Below are positions 16,450 to 28,245 of a DNA stretch of 64,000 nt, piece by piece (within the stretch, counting starts at the first letter, position 1; each line of letters opens with the position of its first letter). The stretch spans positions 896,001-960,000 of the forward strand of contig OZ255842.1 of assembly GCA_965277805.1 (NCBI GenBank), given 5' to 3'. The translations under genes and the position numbers were made by a program. This stretch comes from Candidatus Lustribacter sp. (GTDB taxonomy: Bacteria; Vulcanimicrobiota; Vulcanimicrobiia; Vulcanimicrobiales; Vulcanimicrobiaceae). Below the pieces are notes generated by a model. That model was not told the origin of the DNA. It saw only the letters and a list, made by a program, of their open reading frames with translations, and made no database searches.

Positions 16450-18810
16450 CTAGATCGGTAACGAATAGGTCAGGCGAACGATCCGCCCTTCGGTTGGGTG
16501 GAAGTGATCGTCTTGGACGCCGCTCCCGCCGAGCAGCGGATTGATCGCCGGATTGCTGGCGTATGCCGGAATCTTGGCGTCTTGGGGCACCCACGATCCG
16601 TAGTAATACTCCACGTCGTCGGACTGTGCGTTCAGGAGATTCAACACGTCGAGATTTAGCCGCGCCTTGTTCGGCCGCTTGAGCGAGATCTGCGCGTTCA
16701 CGATCCCCGTTGGCGACGACACGGCATCGCCCAGCTGGTCTAGCACGCGCGGGCCGAAGTATTCGTAGCGAAGCGTGGCCGCAAACCGCGGACGATCCCA
16801 AGTCACGCCGGCCGCGCTGACCACGTTGAGCGATTCCGGGATGTAGGTGCCGAGATTGCCGGGGTTGGTGAGAAATCGCGCGGTCGCCGTCGACACGTCG
16901 GCATCGAGCGTCAGCCCGGGCAGCGGGCGATAATAGTTCGTCAACTCGATGCCTTTGCGGACCGACGGTCCGTTGGGGGTCGTGACGCCGTGATCGCCGT
17001 CGAATACGAGTTCCGAAGCGATATTGAGCTTCCAGAACGAGAGCGTCGTCGTAAGTTTTGGTGAGGAGTAGCGGTAGCCGAATTCCTCGCCCCACGCACG
17101 GACGAGCGGGGTGTAGTTTGCGACCGGGGCGCCGGTCGGATCGACCGTGGCGTGCGTTTGCGGATCGAGCGTTTGCGTCGTTCCGCGCGCGTCGTTGCTG
17201 TGGAAGCTGTCGCCGAAGTCAAGGTAGAACTCCTGATTTTTTGATGCGGCGTAGGACGCGGTGAACTTCGGATTGATCATCGCTGCGGTCGTGATGCCCG
17301 AGTTGGCAGCTTGAACATCGTTGACGTGCATGTAGTAGGCGTCTTCGCGGAGTCCGCCCGTGAGGCGGAGTTTCGGACCGGCTTTGTATTCGGTACTGAT
17401 ATAGGAGAAGATGTCGCGTTCGACGACCTGATCGTTACTCAACGTGCCGTTTGGAAATCGGACTTGCGCGCCGGTGAGGAACAGGCCCAGCATGTAGATG
17501 TTGTCGTTGCGAAGCCCGACGCCGGCGGTCGTGTTGAGATTGCGCCCGGTTAGCGTTCGTGTCAGGCGCAGGCCCGAGACAAAACGCTTGTCCTCTTGTT
17601 CGCGCTGATCGCCGCAGGCGTACGTGAACGCATTGGGCGCTACGGTGCCGGGCACGGTCGCGCCGCCGGTCGGTGTGACATTCGCCGGGCAATACGACGT
17701 GTAGGTGCTCACGTGGCGCTCGCCCGGAAGGCACGTGGTATAGAGCACGTTACAGGTGACTGGATTTGCCGTTACGTTGTAGTAGTCGCCGGCATCGAAC
17801 AAGCTATAGGTAAAATTGGAGAAGAGATCGAGCCCGTAGGATTCGCCGTAGGCTAAGAGCCGGGTCGATCCGTGCGCATCGGAGTGTTCCCAATCGGTGG
17901 CGAGCGTATAGCGGTAGGTGCGTCCGCCGTCAGTGGGATCGACGTACCCGTCGCGCGGGATGACCCCCTCATCGACGAGGCGCTGCGGTATCTGATCGGT
18001 CGAGTTGAAATCGCCGCGATAGCCCATCGACGTTACCGAAAAGGCGGAGTTCTCGCTCGTGCGGCTCCAGCGGAGCACGCCGTTGATTTTCTTGTACTCA
18101 TCGGGCCGCGCCAGCGTGCCGTTGTCGTGGTAGAGCTCGAGCGCATAAAGCAGGTTGCCTGCACCGAGTTTCGGTGAGTTGGCGAGGAAGAGCCGGTCGT
18201 AGCCGTAGTCGCCGATGCCGAGCGAGAGCGTTGGGTCGACCGTGTTGCGGAAGTAGAGATCGTAGGAACCGGCGGTTGAGAAATCGCCCTCGTCGGCGTA
18301 GTAGGGGCCCTTCTTGTAGGTGACGCTGCCGACGAGTTCCGGCATGAGCCAGTTGATGTCCGAGTAGCCTTGGCCGTGCGCGTGCGAGGGCATGTTGACG
18401 GGGATGCCGTCGATCGTGCCTGCGAGATCGGTGCCGTGATCGAGCTGGAAGCCGCGAAGATAGTACTGGTTGGCTTTGCCTTCGCCGCTGTGCTGGCTGA
18501 TGATAAGGCCCGGAACGTCCTCGAGAATCTCGCCCGGCCGCAGGATCGGCTGGTTGGCGATTTCGGTCTGATTGATCGTGCCTTCCGACGCGGCGGTCGC
18601 CGTGCCTACGAGGTTTGATTCGCGGCCCGTAGCGATGGTGCGGCCGATGACCTTCGGTTCCGCGGTCGGACACGGACTTGCGGCGGGCGCGGTGTGGTTT
18701 GCCGGCGTTGCGGACGGACACGGTACGGGCGAGGATGGTGCTGCCGGCGCGGCGATTGCCGGCGCCAAGATCATCAACACCAAGATAGCGGCCGCCAATA
18801 GTGTCGTCAC
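16450..18810 (-). CDS. TonB-dependent receptor
   Basis: Plug motifs QHSGEGKANQYYLRGF.LDHGTD, MPSHAHGQGYSD and KGPYYA; beta-barrel-type C-terminus; GTG at 18810 gives a clean signal peptide (ORF track starts at 18840). Confidence 0.9.
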   Translation of the reverse strand: MTTLLAAAILVLMILAPAIAAPAAPSSPVPCPSATPANHTAPAASPCPTAEPKVIGRTIATGRESNLVGTATAASEGTINQTEIANQPILRPGEILEDVPGLIISQHSGEGKANQYYLRGFQLDHGTDLAGTIDGIPVNMPSHAHGQGYSDINWLMPELVGSVTYKKGPYYADEGDFSTAGSYDLYFRNTVDPTLSLGIGDYGYDRLFLANSPKLGAGNLLYALELYHDNGTLARPDEYKKINGVLRWSRTSENSAFSVTSMGYRGDFNSTDQIPQRLVDEGVIPRDGYVDPTDGGRTYRYTLATDWEHSDAHGSTRLLAYGESYGLDLFSNFTYSLFDAGDYYNVTANPVTCNVLYTTCLPGERHVSTYTSYCPANVTPTGGATVPGTVAPNAFTYACGDQREQEDKRFVSGLRLTRTLTGRNLNTTAGVGLRNDNIYMLGLFLTGAQVRFPNGTLSNDQVVERDIFSYISTEYKAGPKLRLTGGLREDAYYMHVNDVQAANSGITTAAMINPKFTASYAASKNQEFYLDFGDSFHSNDARGTTQTLDPQTHATVDPTGAPVANYTPLVRAWGEEFGYRYSSPKLTTTLSFWKLNIASELVFDGDHGVTTPNGPSVRKGIELTNYYRPLPGLTLDADVSTATARFLTNPGNLGTYIPESLNVVSAAGVTWDRPRFAATLRYEYFGPRVLDQLGDAVSSPTGIVNAQISLKRPNKARLNLDVLNLLNAQSDDVEYYYGSWVPQDAKIPAYASNPAINPLLGGSGVQDDHFHPTEGRIVRLTYSLPI

Positions 18811-18814
18811 TGTT

Positions 18815-18831
18815 GTCGTCGTTACGACGAC
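18815..18831. promoter_or_regulatory. Perfect palindrome directly upstream of the receptor start
   Basis: GTCGTCGT-T-ACGACGAC. Confidence 0.4.
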
Positions 18832-18902
18832 GAGACGCACTCGGATTGTTTACGCCGTAGTTTAAATCGCCGCGCTTCTACGATAGCGGCCGATCGTGCC
18901 GG

Positions 18903-18926
18903 CCCCTCGACAAGCCCGGGATGACA
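18903..18926 (+). repeat. REP-like dispersed repeat
   Basis: CCCCTCGACAAGCCCGGGATGACA; near-identical to 33408-33431. Confidence 0.6.
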
Positions 18927-19088
18927 TTAGGCGGCGATGCGGACTTGTAGGATCTCGGATTCGGTGCGTTCGTTGAGGATGTCGAGAAGCAGGGCGCAGC
19001 TCTCGCAGCGGGCGATGTGGCCGGTCACGGCTTCGTAGGGTTCGGCGTGTTCGGCCCGGCAGTCGGGGCACAGGTATGTATTGTCCAT
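18927..19088 (-). CDS. 53-aa zinc-ribbon-like protein
   Basis: MDNTYLCPDCRAEH...ARCESCALL: two CxxC pairs. Confidence 0.65.
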   Translation of the reverse strand: MDNTYLCPDCRAEHAEPYEAVTGHIARCESCALLLDILNERTESEILQVRIAA

Positions 19089-19218
19089 GCCCGCATCATG
19101 CCAGGCCAAAGTGCCATCTGGCTGGCACACTACTTGGCGATTTCCGCCCACGTCATCCGGGGCGCATCCCGGAAGCGCGGCCAGGCGGTTGGCTGGGGCT
19201 GTCATATAGAGCGGATCA

Positions 19219-21111
19219 ATGGCCTTACGCAGCCGTCGCGTTGAGGATCGCCGCGTTGTCGAGCGCCGGCTCGAAAGTGTCTTGGCGATCACCCGCGACA
19301 TTCTCCGTGCTCCCGATTTGGATTTTGCCCTCGAGTCGATCGCCCGCGGCGTGGCCGAAGTCTTCGGTTTCCGGTTTGTCACGATCGTGATCGCTGAGGA
19401 CGAAGGCGACGTGATGCTGCGCCGGGTGATGCACGGCTTTGCTTCCGAAACGATCCTCGAGCGCAAGAACGAAGAGATCTCCCGGGCCGCCATGATCGCG
19501 CTGCTCGACCGGCGTTTCGAGAGCGCCGAGAACTGCTTCTACCTGCCGGCCGAGGCCGAAGCCGATTGGGAGCGGTCGATCTACACCGGCACCCTGCCGC
19601 GCGACGCAGCGCGCGCGACGCCGCAATCCTGGCACGAGCGCGATTCGCTTTGCCTGGTGCTGCGCGATGAGGCCGGGACGATGATCGGTTATCTGAGTCC
19701 GGATGCGCCGCTCGACGGCTGTATCCCCGATCCGGGCGAACTGCGCGCGATGGAACTGTTCGTCAACCTGATGGGCCTCGCGCTCGCCAAGGCGCGCGCG
19801 CAGACCCGGCTACGTTATGAAGCCACGCACGACACGTTGACGGGTCTCGCCAACCGCTCGTTCTTCCAAGAACAGCTGCAGCTTGCGCTCGTCCACGCGC
19901 GTAACGCGCCCGATCGCGCGAGTGCCGTGCTGTTCTTCGATCTCGACGACTTCAAACAGATAAACGACACGCTCGGACATCTGGCGGGCGATGCGATGCT
20001 GCGCGTCGTCGCCGACCGCCTGCAGCGCGCGGTGCGCTCGACAGACGTGGTAGGCCGCATCGGCGGCGATGAGTTCGGCGTGCTGCTCAACGATCGGGCC
20101 GATGCGGCTGCGGTCGATGCGACGGTCGCGCGCATTCAGGAAACGCTGGTCGCGCCGGCGACGCTCGATACGCGGATCGTGTACATCACCGCCAGCGTCG
20201 GCATCACGCTGCTCGTCGAAGACGATCAGCGCATCGAAGATGTCCTCAGCCGCGCCGATGCCGCGATGTATTACGCGAAGGGGCTCGGCCACGCGCGGTA
20301 CGCGTACTTCGAAGAATACATGCTCAACGAAGCGAAACGGCGGCTGGCCCTTTCGAGCAGCTTGCGCACGGCCGTCGACACCGACCAATTCAGCGTCGAC
20401 TATCAGCCGATCGTGCAGCTGGCCGACGGCGCGATCGCGGGCTTCGAGGCGCTGGTCCGCTGGCGGACGCCGGCCGGCGAGGTGTTGCCGGCGGAGTTCA
20501 TCCCGCTCGCCGAAGAAGTGGGGTTGGTCGCGCCGATCGGCCGGTTCGTGATAGCCGATGCCGCACGCTCGCTGTGCCGGTGGCAGAAACAAACCGGGAA
20601 TCCCAGCTTGCGCATGCACGTGAACCTTTCGGTCGGCGAGCTGCTCGAGCCGGACATCGAGGCCTACATCGTGGCCCAATTGCGGCGCCACGATCTCCCG
20701 GCCGACGCGCTGACGATCGAGATGACCGAAACCGCAATCATGCGCGGAAACACGCTCGCCTTCGGCCGCGTCGAACAACTGCGTTCGCGCGGGATTCCGC
20801 TGTGCATCGACGATTTCGGCACCGGTTACTCATCGCTGCGCTACGTGCGCGACTTCTCCGTCGACGCGATCAAGGTCGATCGTTCGTTCGTCGAAAGCCC
20901 GGATGGTTCGCTCGGCAGCGCCCCGATCGTGCGCATGCTGATCCAACTCGGTGCCGCGTATGCGCTCGACGTGGTGGCGGAAGGCGTCGAAACGGCCGCG
21001 CAGGCGACCGCGCTTCAGGCGCTCGAGTGCCGCTATGCGCAAGGCTTCCATTTCTTCCGGCCGATGAGCGCTGCGGCAATCTCGCGTCTCTTACGCGACC
21101 GCGCCGGCTAA
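19219..21111 (+). CDS. GAF-GGDEF-EAL diguanylate cyclase/phosphodiesterase
   Basis: HDTLTGLANR, RxxD I-site, GGDEF, EAL, DDFGTGYSSL and EGVET all intact. Confidence 0.92.
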   Translation: MALRSRRVEDRRVVERRLESVLAITRDILRAPDLDFALESIARGVAEVFGFRFVTIVIAEDEGDVMLRRVMHGFASETILERKNEEISRAAMIALLDRRFESAENCFYLPAEAEADWERSIYTGTLPRDAARATPQSWHERDSLCLVLRDEAGTMIGYLSPDAPLDGCIPDPGELRAMELFVNLMGLALAKARAQTRLRYEATHDTLTGLANRSFFQEQLQLALVHARNAPDRASAVLFFDLDDFKQINDTLGHLAGDAMLRVVADRLQRAVRSTDVVGRIGGDEFGVLLNDRADAAAVDATVARIQETLVAPATLDTRIVYITASVGITLLVEDDQRIEDVLSRADAAMYYAKGLGHARYAYFEEYMLNEAKRRLALSSSLRTAVDTDQFSVDYQPIVQLADGAIAGFEALVRWRTPAGEVLPAEFIPLAEEVGLVAPIGRFVIADAARSLCRWQKQTGNPSLRMHVNLSVGELLEPDIEAYIVAQLRRHDLPADALTIEMTETAIMRGNTLAFGRVEQLRSRGIPLCIDDFGTGYSSLRYVRDFSVDAIKVDRSFVESPDGSLGSAPIVRMLIQLGAAYALDVVAEGVETAAQATALQALECRYAQGFHFFRPMSAAAISRLLRDRAG

Positions 21112-21112
21112 A

Positions 21113-22354
21113 CTACACCGCGGCGAGCGAGACGTCGGCGAGGTTGTTGGCAATTTGGAAAGCGAGGGCGACGGTGGTGCCCGCCTGCGTGTGGTCGATG
21201 TCGAGGGTGTCGCAGAGTTCGCGCATCATGGCGATGCCGCGCCCGCGGGTTGAAAGCGGGACCACGTCGTTCCACGTGCCGCCGTCTTCCACGAAGATAA
21301 AACAGGTCTGATCTTCGAAGCGCCCGCGCAGCGTGAACGTCTGGTTCGGGCGGCGGTCGTAAGCGTGTTCGATCGCGTTGGCAACGGCTTCGCCCGCCGC
21401 GACGATCGCATCGAAGCTGCGCCGTTCGCCGAGGGGGGTCGCGAGCAAGAAGCGGCGCAGCGCCGTGCGCGCGAGTGCGGCGCTCGACAGCTCGGCCGGC
21501 AGCCGCACGTCGAGGTGCGCGAGCTGGGGTTCGGGGGTGATCGTCATGATCGTCGCGTCATCGCTGCGTTCGCGGCCGCCGAAGATCGCGCGGTCGATCG
21601 TAATCGCGGGCTTGCCCGGCGCGAGCGTGCGCACTTCCACCAGCGCGTCGCACAGCGTTTGGAAGCCGCTCTCGTCGGCTGCATCGAGCGTCGTGCAGCC
21701 GTCGGTATAGAGCGCGAGGACGGCGTCGACCGGAATCGACACGACGTGTTCGCTCGTCACGTGGTGCGGAACGACTCCGAGGGAGATACCCGAGCCTTCG
21801 CCCGGCAACGCCGTACACGTGCCGTCGTCGGTTGCGAGCAGGGGCGCAGGATGGCCGGCTGCGGCGTACCGGAATTGCAGCGTCGCGGGATCGATGATGC
21901 CGACGATCGCCGAGACGATGCCGCGGCTCTCGCTGCGCAGCAGCACGCGGTTGGCGCGCCGGAGCGCATCGGCCGGGCGCGCGCCGTCGATCAGCGCGCT
22001 GCGAATCGCCTGGCGCACGGTGTTCATCGTGACGATCGCGGTGAGGCCTTGTCCGGCGGCGTCGCCGATGGCGACGGCCACCGTGCCGTCGTCGAGGAAG
22101 AAAGCGTCGTAGAAGTCGCCGCCGCCGGCGCCCGGCTGCGTCGCCGCGACATAGGACCAGGAGATGCGCAGACCGTCGACGATCGGCGGATCGGACGGTA
22201 AGAGTGCGCCTTGCAGAACCGGAACGGCCGGCCGCGCGGAGGGCTGGGGTTCGGGCTCGCTTTCGGTCACGATGACGCTACGCGCTCGCAGCACGATCAC
22301 GATGACCGCAGCTACGATGAGGACGAGCAGCGCAGGAACGGCGACGGCCTCCAT
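21113..22354 (-). CDS. Membrane-anchored SpoIIE (PP2C) phosphatase fused to RsbW-like HATPase
   Basis: N-terminal TM; GGDFYD, IGDAAGQG, YTDG, DDAT; EAVANAIEHA and GRGIAMM. Confidence 0.85.
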   Translation of the reverse strand: MEAVAVPALLVLIVAAVIVIVLRARSVIVTESEPEPQPSARPAVPVLQGALLPSDPPIVDGLRISWSYVAATQPGAGGGDFYDAFFLDDGTVAVAIGDAAGQGLTAIVTMNTVRQAIRSALIDGARPADALRRANRVLLRSESRGIVSAIVGIIDPATLQFRYAAAGHPAPLLATDDGTCTALPGEGSGISLGVVPHHVTSEHVVSIPVDAVLALYTDGCTTLDAADESGFQTLCDALVEVRTLAPGKPAITIDRAIFGGRERSDDATIMTITPEPQLAHLDVRLPAELSSAALARTALRRFLLATPLGERRSFDAIVAAGEAVANAIEHAYDRRPNQTFTLRGRFEDQTCFIFVEDGGTWNDVVPLSTRGRGIAMMRELCDTLDIDHTQAGTTVALAFQIANNLADVSLAAV

Positions 22355-22403
22355 GTGCCGATGTTTCGGCACGTGAAAAGGCCGCCGCCTCCCACGCGGC
22401 TAT

Positions 22404-24518
<2,115 letters not shown>

Positions 24519-24631
24519 ACGGGTCCTTTTTACAACGGGCCCTGGCCGGAGGCCGGGCAGTCGATTACACAAAGAAAGGCTCGAGCAGGCCGAGCACTTA
24601 TCACGCCGCGTTTGCCGCATTTCCGGCACGG

Positions 24632-24659
24632 TCCTTGTAGGAAGGCCTTCCTCATAGGA
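24632..24659. promoter_or_regulatory. Palindrome between divergent hppA and oxidoreductase genes
   Basis: Core AGGAAGGCCTTCCT (24639-24652) with outer TCCT/AGGA arms. Confidence 0.4.
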
Positions 24660-24691
24660 GGGCGGCGGGAACCGGGCCAACCCAGCGCGCG

Positions 24692-25891
24692 ATGGAATCG
24701 ACGGAGTTGCTGGTGATCGGATGCGGCCCGGCTGGCGGTACGGCGGCCCGCGAGGCGGCCCGGTCCGGGGTCTCGACCATGGTTCTCGAGCGGGATTCGG
24801 TCGTCGGCGCCAAGCGCGTCTGTGCGGCGGGGCTACGGCCGGGCTTCTGCGAGACCTTCGATTTGCCGCGCTCGATCGTCCACTGCGATACGCCCCGGCT
24901 GACGCTCTCGACGATCCAGAAAACCTATGCCTTCACGCTGGGCCCGGCCCACACGACGACGCGCGAAGAACTCGACGGCACGATCGCCGCGCTGGCCCAA
25001 GACGAGGGGGCGGAGATCCGCACCGGCACGCTCTTCCGTTCGCTCGAACGCGATCGCGACGGGGTGATCGTCGAGTATGCCGACACGCGCGCGGGCACGC
25101 GCAAGAAGATCCGGGCGCGTTCGGTATTTCTCGCGCAGGGCTCGAGTGCGCGACTCGACGATGTCGACCCGTCGTTCGCCTACGATGAATGGCGCAACGG
25201 TTTGCTGACGTGCATCCAGTATCGTGTCTATCCGCAAACGCCGGCGATCGCCGAAACGTATCAGACGCTCGAGATGCACTACTACCGCAGTCCGCTTTCG
25301 GGCGAGACGATCATCGCGTGGATGTTTCCCAAACGCGATCATCTCTCGATCGGTCTGGGCCTCGGACCGAAAGTCAACGGCGCCGCGCTGCGCGCGGAAC
25401 TCGCGTGGTTCTTGCCGCGCGTGCAGGCGCGGCTCTTTCCCGGCATCCCGTATACGATTCGCGAAGAAGGTAACTTGCTCTACGGCGGCAAGCCGCGGCC
25501 GGGCATTGCGAACGATCGCGTGATGGTCGGCGGCACGGCGGCCGGCCTCGTCGATGCAACGACCGGTGAAGGCATCCTCGAAGCGGCGATGAGCGGACGC
25601 TTTGCAGCCGCGGCCGTCAGCGCCGCCAAAGCCGGCGGAGCGGATCCCGCGCCGGCGTACGATAAAGCCACAAAACACGCGTTCTACTCGCGCTTACGGC
25701 ACCGCGCGAAACTGATGGCGTTCCTCGAACGCAAGCCCGCGCGCTTCGATGTGCTCTTCCGCCAACTCGAGGGCGCGCCGCGCTTCGCCGACCTCTTGCA
25801 GCACGATCGCAACGATTTCACGCCCGCGCAGTGGCTCTATTTATACGGACAGGCACTGCGTTTCGGGGCCCGCGCGGCGTTCGTCGCATAG
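24692..25891 (+). CDS. Geranylgeranyl-reductase-family FAD oxidoreductase
   Basis: GCGPAG Rossmann motif, [13 protein letters not shown] and [17 protein letters not shown]. Confidence 0.85.
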   Translation: MESTELLVIGCGPAGGTAAREAARSGVSTMVLERDSVVGAKRVCAAGLRPGFCETFDLPRSIVHCDTPRLTLSTIQKTYAFTLGPAHTTTREELDGTIAALAQDEGAEIRTGTLFRSLERDRDGVIVEYADTRAGTRKKIRARSVFLAQGSSARLDDVDPSFAYDEWRNGLLTCIQYRVYPQTPAIAETYQTLEMHYYRSPLSGETIIAWMFPKRDHLSIGLGLGPKVNGAALRAELAWFLPRVQARLFPGIPYTIREEGNLLYGGKPRPGIANDRVMVGGTAAGLVDATTGEGILEAAMSGRFAAAAVSAAKAGGADPAPAYDKATKHAFYSRLRHRAKLMAFLERKPARFDVLFRQLEGAPRFADLLQHDRNDFTPAQWLYLYGQALRFGARAAFVA

Positions 25892-25892
25892 G

Positions 25893-26915
25893 GTGCTTGC
25901 GTTTGCGGTCGAGCGCTGCGTGCGGCTCGTGGTCGTGCTCTTGGCGATTACGCTGGTCAGCTTTCTCTTTTTGCACCTGATCCCGGGCAATCCGGTTGCG
26001 ATCCGGCTGGGCGAACATGCGAGCCCGCAGCAAATCGCATTTCTAACGCACCAGTACGGCCTCGACCGGCCGTGGTGGGTGCAGCTCGGCAAGTATTTGG
26101 TCGCGCTCGCGCACGGCGATCTCGGAATCTCGATTTCCGACACGCAACCGGTCGCGCAAAAACTCGCGCTCGCATTTCCGGCCACGGTCGAGCTGACGTT
26201 CGGCGCGATGCTGGTCGCGATCGTGATTGGGATTCCGGCAGGCGTGCTTGCGGCGGTGCGCCGGCGTTCGTTCCTCGATGTGTTCACGATGAGCGCGGTG
26301 CTCGTCGGCGTTTCGATTCCGGTCTTCTGGCTCGGCTGGATGCTCATCTACGCGCTGGCCGTGCTGCCCTCGCGCTTTGGCCTCGATCTCTTTCCGATCT
26401 CCGGGCGCATCTCGCTGCTCTACGACATTCCGCCGCGCACGCACCTCATCGTGTTCGATGCGCTGCTGGCCGGCAACGGCCGCGCGGCGCTCGACGCGCT
26501 CTGGCATTTGGTGCTGCCGGCCTTGACGCTGGGAACGATCCCGCTCGCAATCGTCGCGAAAATCACGCGCGGTTCGATGCTCGAGGTTTTGGCGAGCGAC
26601 TACGTACGGACGGCGCGCGCGAAGGGTTTGAGCGAGCGCACCGTCGTGGTGCGGCACGCGCTGCGCAATGCGCTGATCCCGATTATCACGGTGCTCGGCC
26701 TGCAGACCGGTCTCTTGCTCGGCGGTGCCGTGCTGACCGAGAGCGTGTTCGCTTGGCCGGGGGTCGGGCGACTGGCGTTCGACGCGATTTCCAACCGGGA
26801 CATGCCGGTTATCAACGGCTGCGTGCTGCTCTTCGCCACGGTCTTCGTGACCGTGAACACCATCGTCGATTTGCTGTACGCTTTGGCCAATCCCAGGATT
26901 CGCTACGCCGGGTAG
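25893..26915 (+). CDS. Peptide/nickel ABC transporter permease (DppB/OppB type)
   Basis: IPGNP, GLDRP, GDLG.S, DYVRTARAKGL, HALRNA and DLLYALANPRIR. Confidence 0.92.
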   Translation: MLAFAVERCVRLVVVLLAITLVSFLFLHLIPGNPVAIRLGEHASPQQIAFLTHQYGLDRPWWVQLGKYLVALAHGDLGISISDTQPVAQKLALAFPATVELTFGAMLVAIVIGIPAGVLAAVRRRSFLDVFTMSAVLVGVSIPVFWLGWMLIYALAVLPSRFGLDLFPISGRISLLYDIPPRTHLIVFDALLAGNGRAALDALWHLVLPALTLGTIPLAIVAKITRGSMLEVLASDYVRTARAKGLSERTVVVRHALRNALIPIITVLGLQTGLLLGGAVLTESVFAWPGVGRLAFDAISNRDMPVINGCVLLFATVFVTVNTIVDLLYALANPRIRYAG

Positions 26916-27047
26916 AGGGCAACTCCTTACCAATTCTGTGAAAAACGTTAACCGTATCACGACAAACCACAGCCTCTTGAACGGGGGAACGGCCCGGGCG
27001 AAACGAACTCAAGCGGCTAGGTCCGAACTTCGTCTCGGAGTGCCCGT

Positions 27048-27863
27048 GTGAAAGCTACTCGCGAAACCCGGCGATATGTCATCGCCGGCGCAGAACTCAG
27101 CCGGGAAGAAATCGTCCACAAGTATCTTCACTTAGTGAAATATGTGGCCGGTCGCATCTCGATCAATCTGCCCCCCAACGTCGAGATCAACGACCTGATC
27201 AACGACGGAATTCTGGGTTTAATCGACGCGATCGAAAAGTACGATGATGCCCGCGGCGTGAAGTTCGAGACGTACGCGATCACCCGCATCAGCGGCGCGA
27301 TCCTAGACGCCTTGCGAGCGCTCGACTGGGTGCCGCGAGCCGTGCGGCAACGTGCCCGCGAACTGGAACGCATCTACCAGGAACTCGAGATCGAGTTCGG
27401 CCGGGCCGCGACCGAAGAAGAAGTCGCCAACCGGATGGGGATGACGGTCAAAGAGCTCGACGTGCTGATGCAAAAAGTTCGCGGCACGTCGGTCCTCTCG
27501 CTGGAAGAGTTTCTCCCCAACGAGCGCGGCTATGAGATCCCGCTGCTCGACACGCTCAAGGATGACGGCAACGAGGTCTCGAGCGCCGTCGAGGCCCGCG
27601 AGATCAAAGCCGCCCTGGTCACCGCGGTCGACGCGCTGCCGATGCAAGAGCGCACGGTGATCTCGCTCTACTACTTCGAGGGCCTGACCCTCAAGGAGAT
27701 CAAGGGCGTCCTCAACGTCTCGGAGTCGCGCGTCTCCCAGATTCACGCCCAAGCCGTGATCCATCTGCGCGCCAAATTGCGAAATTTGACCGCGGATTTG
27801 GGATATCGTGAGGGCGATCCGAACGTGAAGCAGAAGTATACCCGGAAGCCGCAACCGGCCTAA
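27048..27863 (+). CDS. fliA: RNA polymerase sigma-28 (FliA/WhiG)
   Basis: GLIDAIEKYD, FETYA.RI.GAILD.LRALDWVPR and LTLKEI..VSESRVSQIH. Confidence 0.93.
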   Translation: MKATRETRRYVIAGAELSREEIVHKYLHLVKYVAGRISINLPPNVEINDLINDGILGLIDAIEKYDDARGVKFETYAITRISGAILDALRALDWVPRAVRQRARELERIYQELEIEFGRAATEEEVANRMGMTVKELDVLMQKVRGTSVLSLEEFLPNERGYEIPLLDTLKDDGNEVSSAVEAREIKAALVTAVDALPMQERTVISLYYFEGLTLKEIKGVLNVSESRVSQIHAQAVIHLRAKLRNLTADLGYREGDPNVKQKYTRKPQPA

Positions 27864-27894
27864 CTCACCCGGCCAGCTCTCAAGGAGAGGGTTC

Positions 27895-28227
27895 ATGGCG
27901 ATCCGGCCAACCGATCTGCAAACGGCGCTCATCGTTTCCACCCAGGCCCCGCCCACGCAGCAGCGTCTGGAACAGGCGCCGGGTTTGAGTCAGGCTGCGC
28001 AGCAAGCCGCGTTCGTCAGCAAGACCGACGAGCGCAACGAGCGCGTGGCCGAAACCACCGATCTGCAGGGCAATAAGATCGGCGTCAACGAGCGCGAGCA
28101 GCCCGACCAGCAAGGCGGCCGCGGCCGCAAGCGCGAGCGCAAGCCCGGCGACCCGTTCGATGAAGTCGTTGAAGACGCCGCCGGCCTATCCGACGGAACC
28201 GCGCACTTGATCGACTATAGCGCGTAG
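27895..28227 (+). CDS. Hypothetical protein downstream of fliA
   Basis: AAGGAG RBS; MAIRPTDLQ start, Gln-rich body, HLIDYSA end. Confidence 0.75.
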   Translation: MAIRPTDLQTALIVSTQAPPTQQRLEQAPGLSQAAQQAAFVSKTDERNERVAETTDLQGNKIGVNEREQPDQQGGRGRKRERKPGDPFDEVVEDAAGLSDGTAHLIDYSA

Positions 28228-28245
28228 AGTTCCCGTGTCCAGCTA

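Noticed and set aside
18841-18926. Cobalamin or NiCo riboswitch upstream of the TonB receptor
   Set aside because: Region is too short, lacks a B12-box, and is partly occupied by the REP-like repeat.
24519-24691. Possible cation-sensing riboswitch upstream of hppA
   Set aside because: Could not match any consensus by eye; an Rfam scan would be needed.
26916-27047. Autoregulatory sigma-28 promoter upstream of fliA
   Set aside because: No GCCGATA-like -10 element found; best match is too degenerate.
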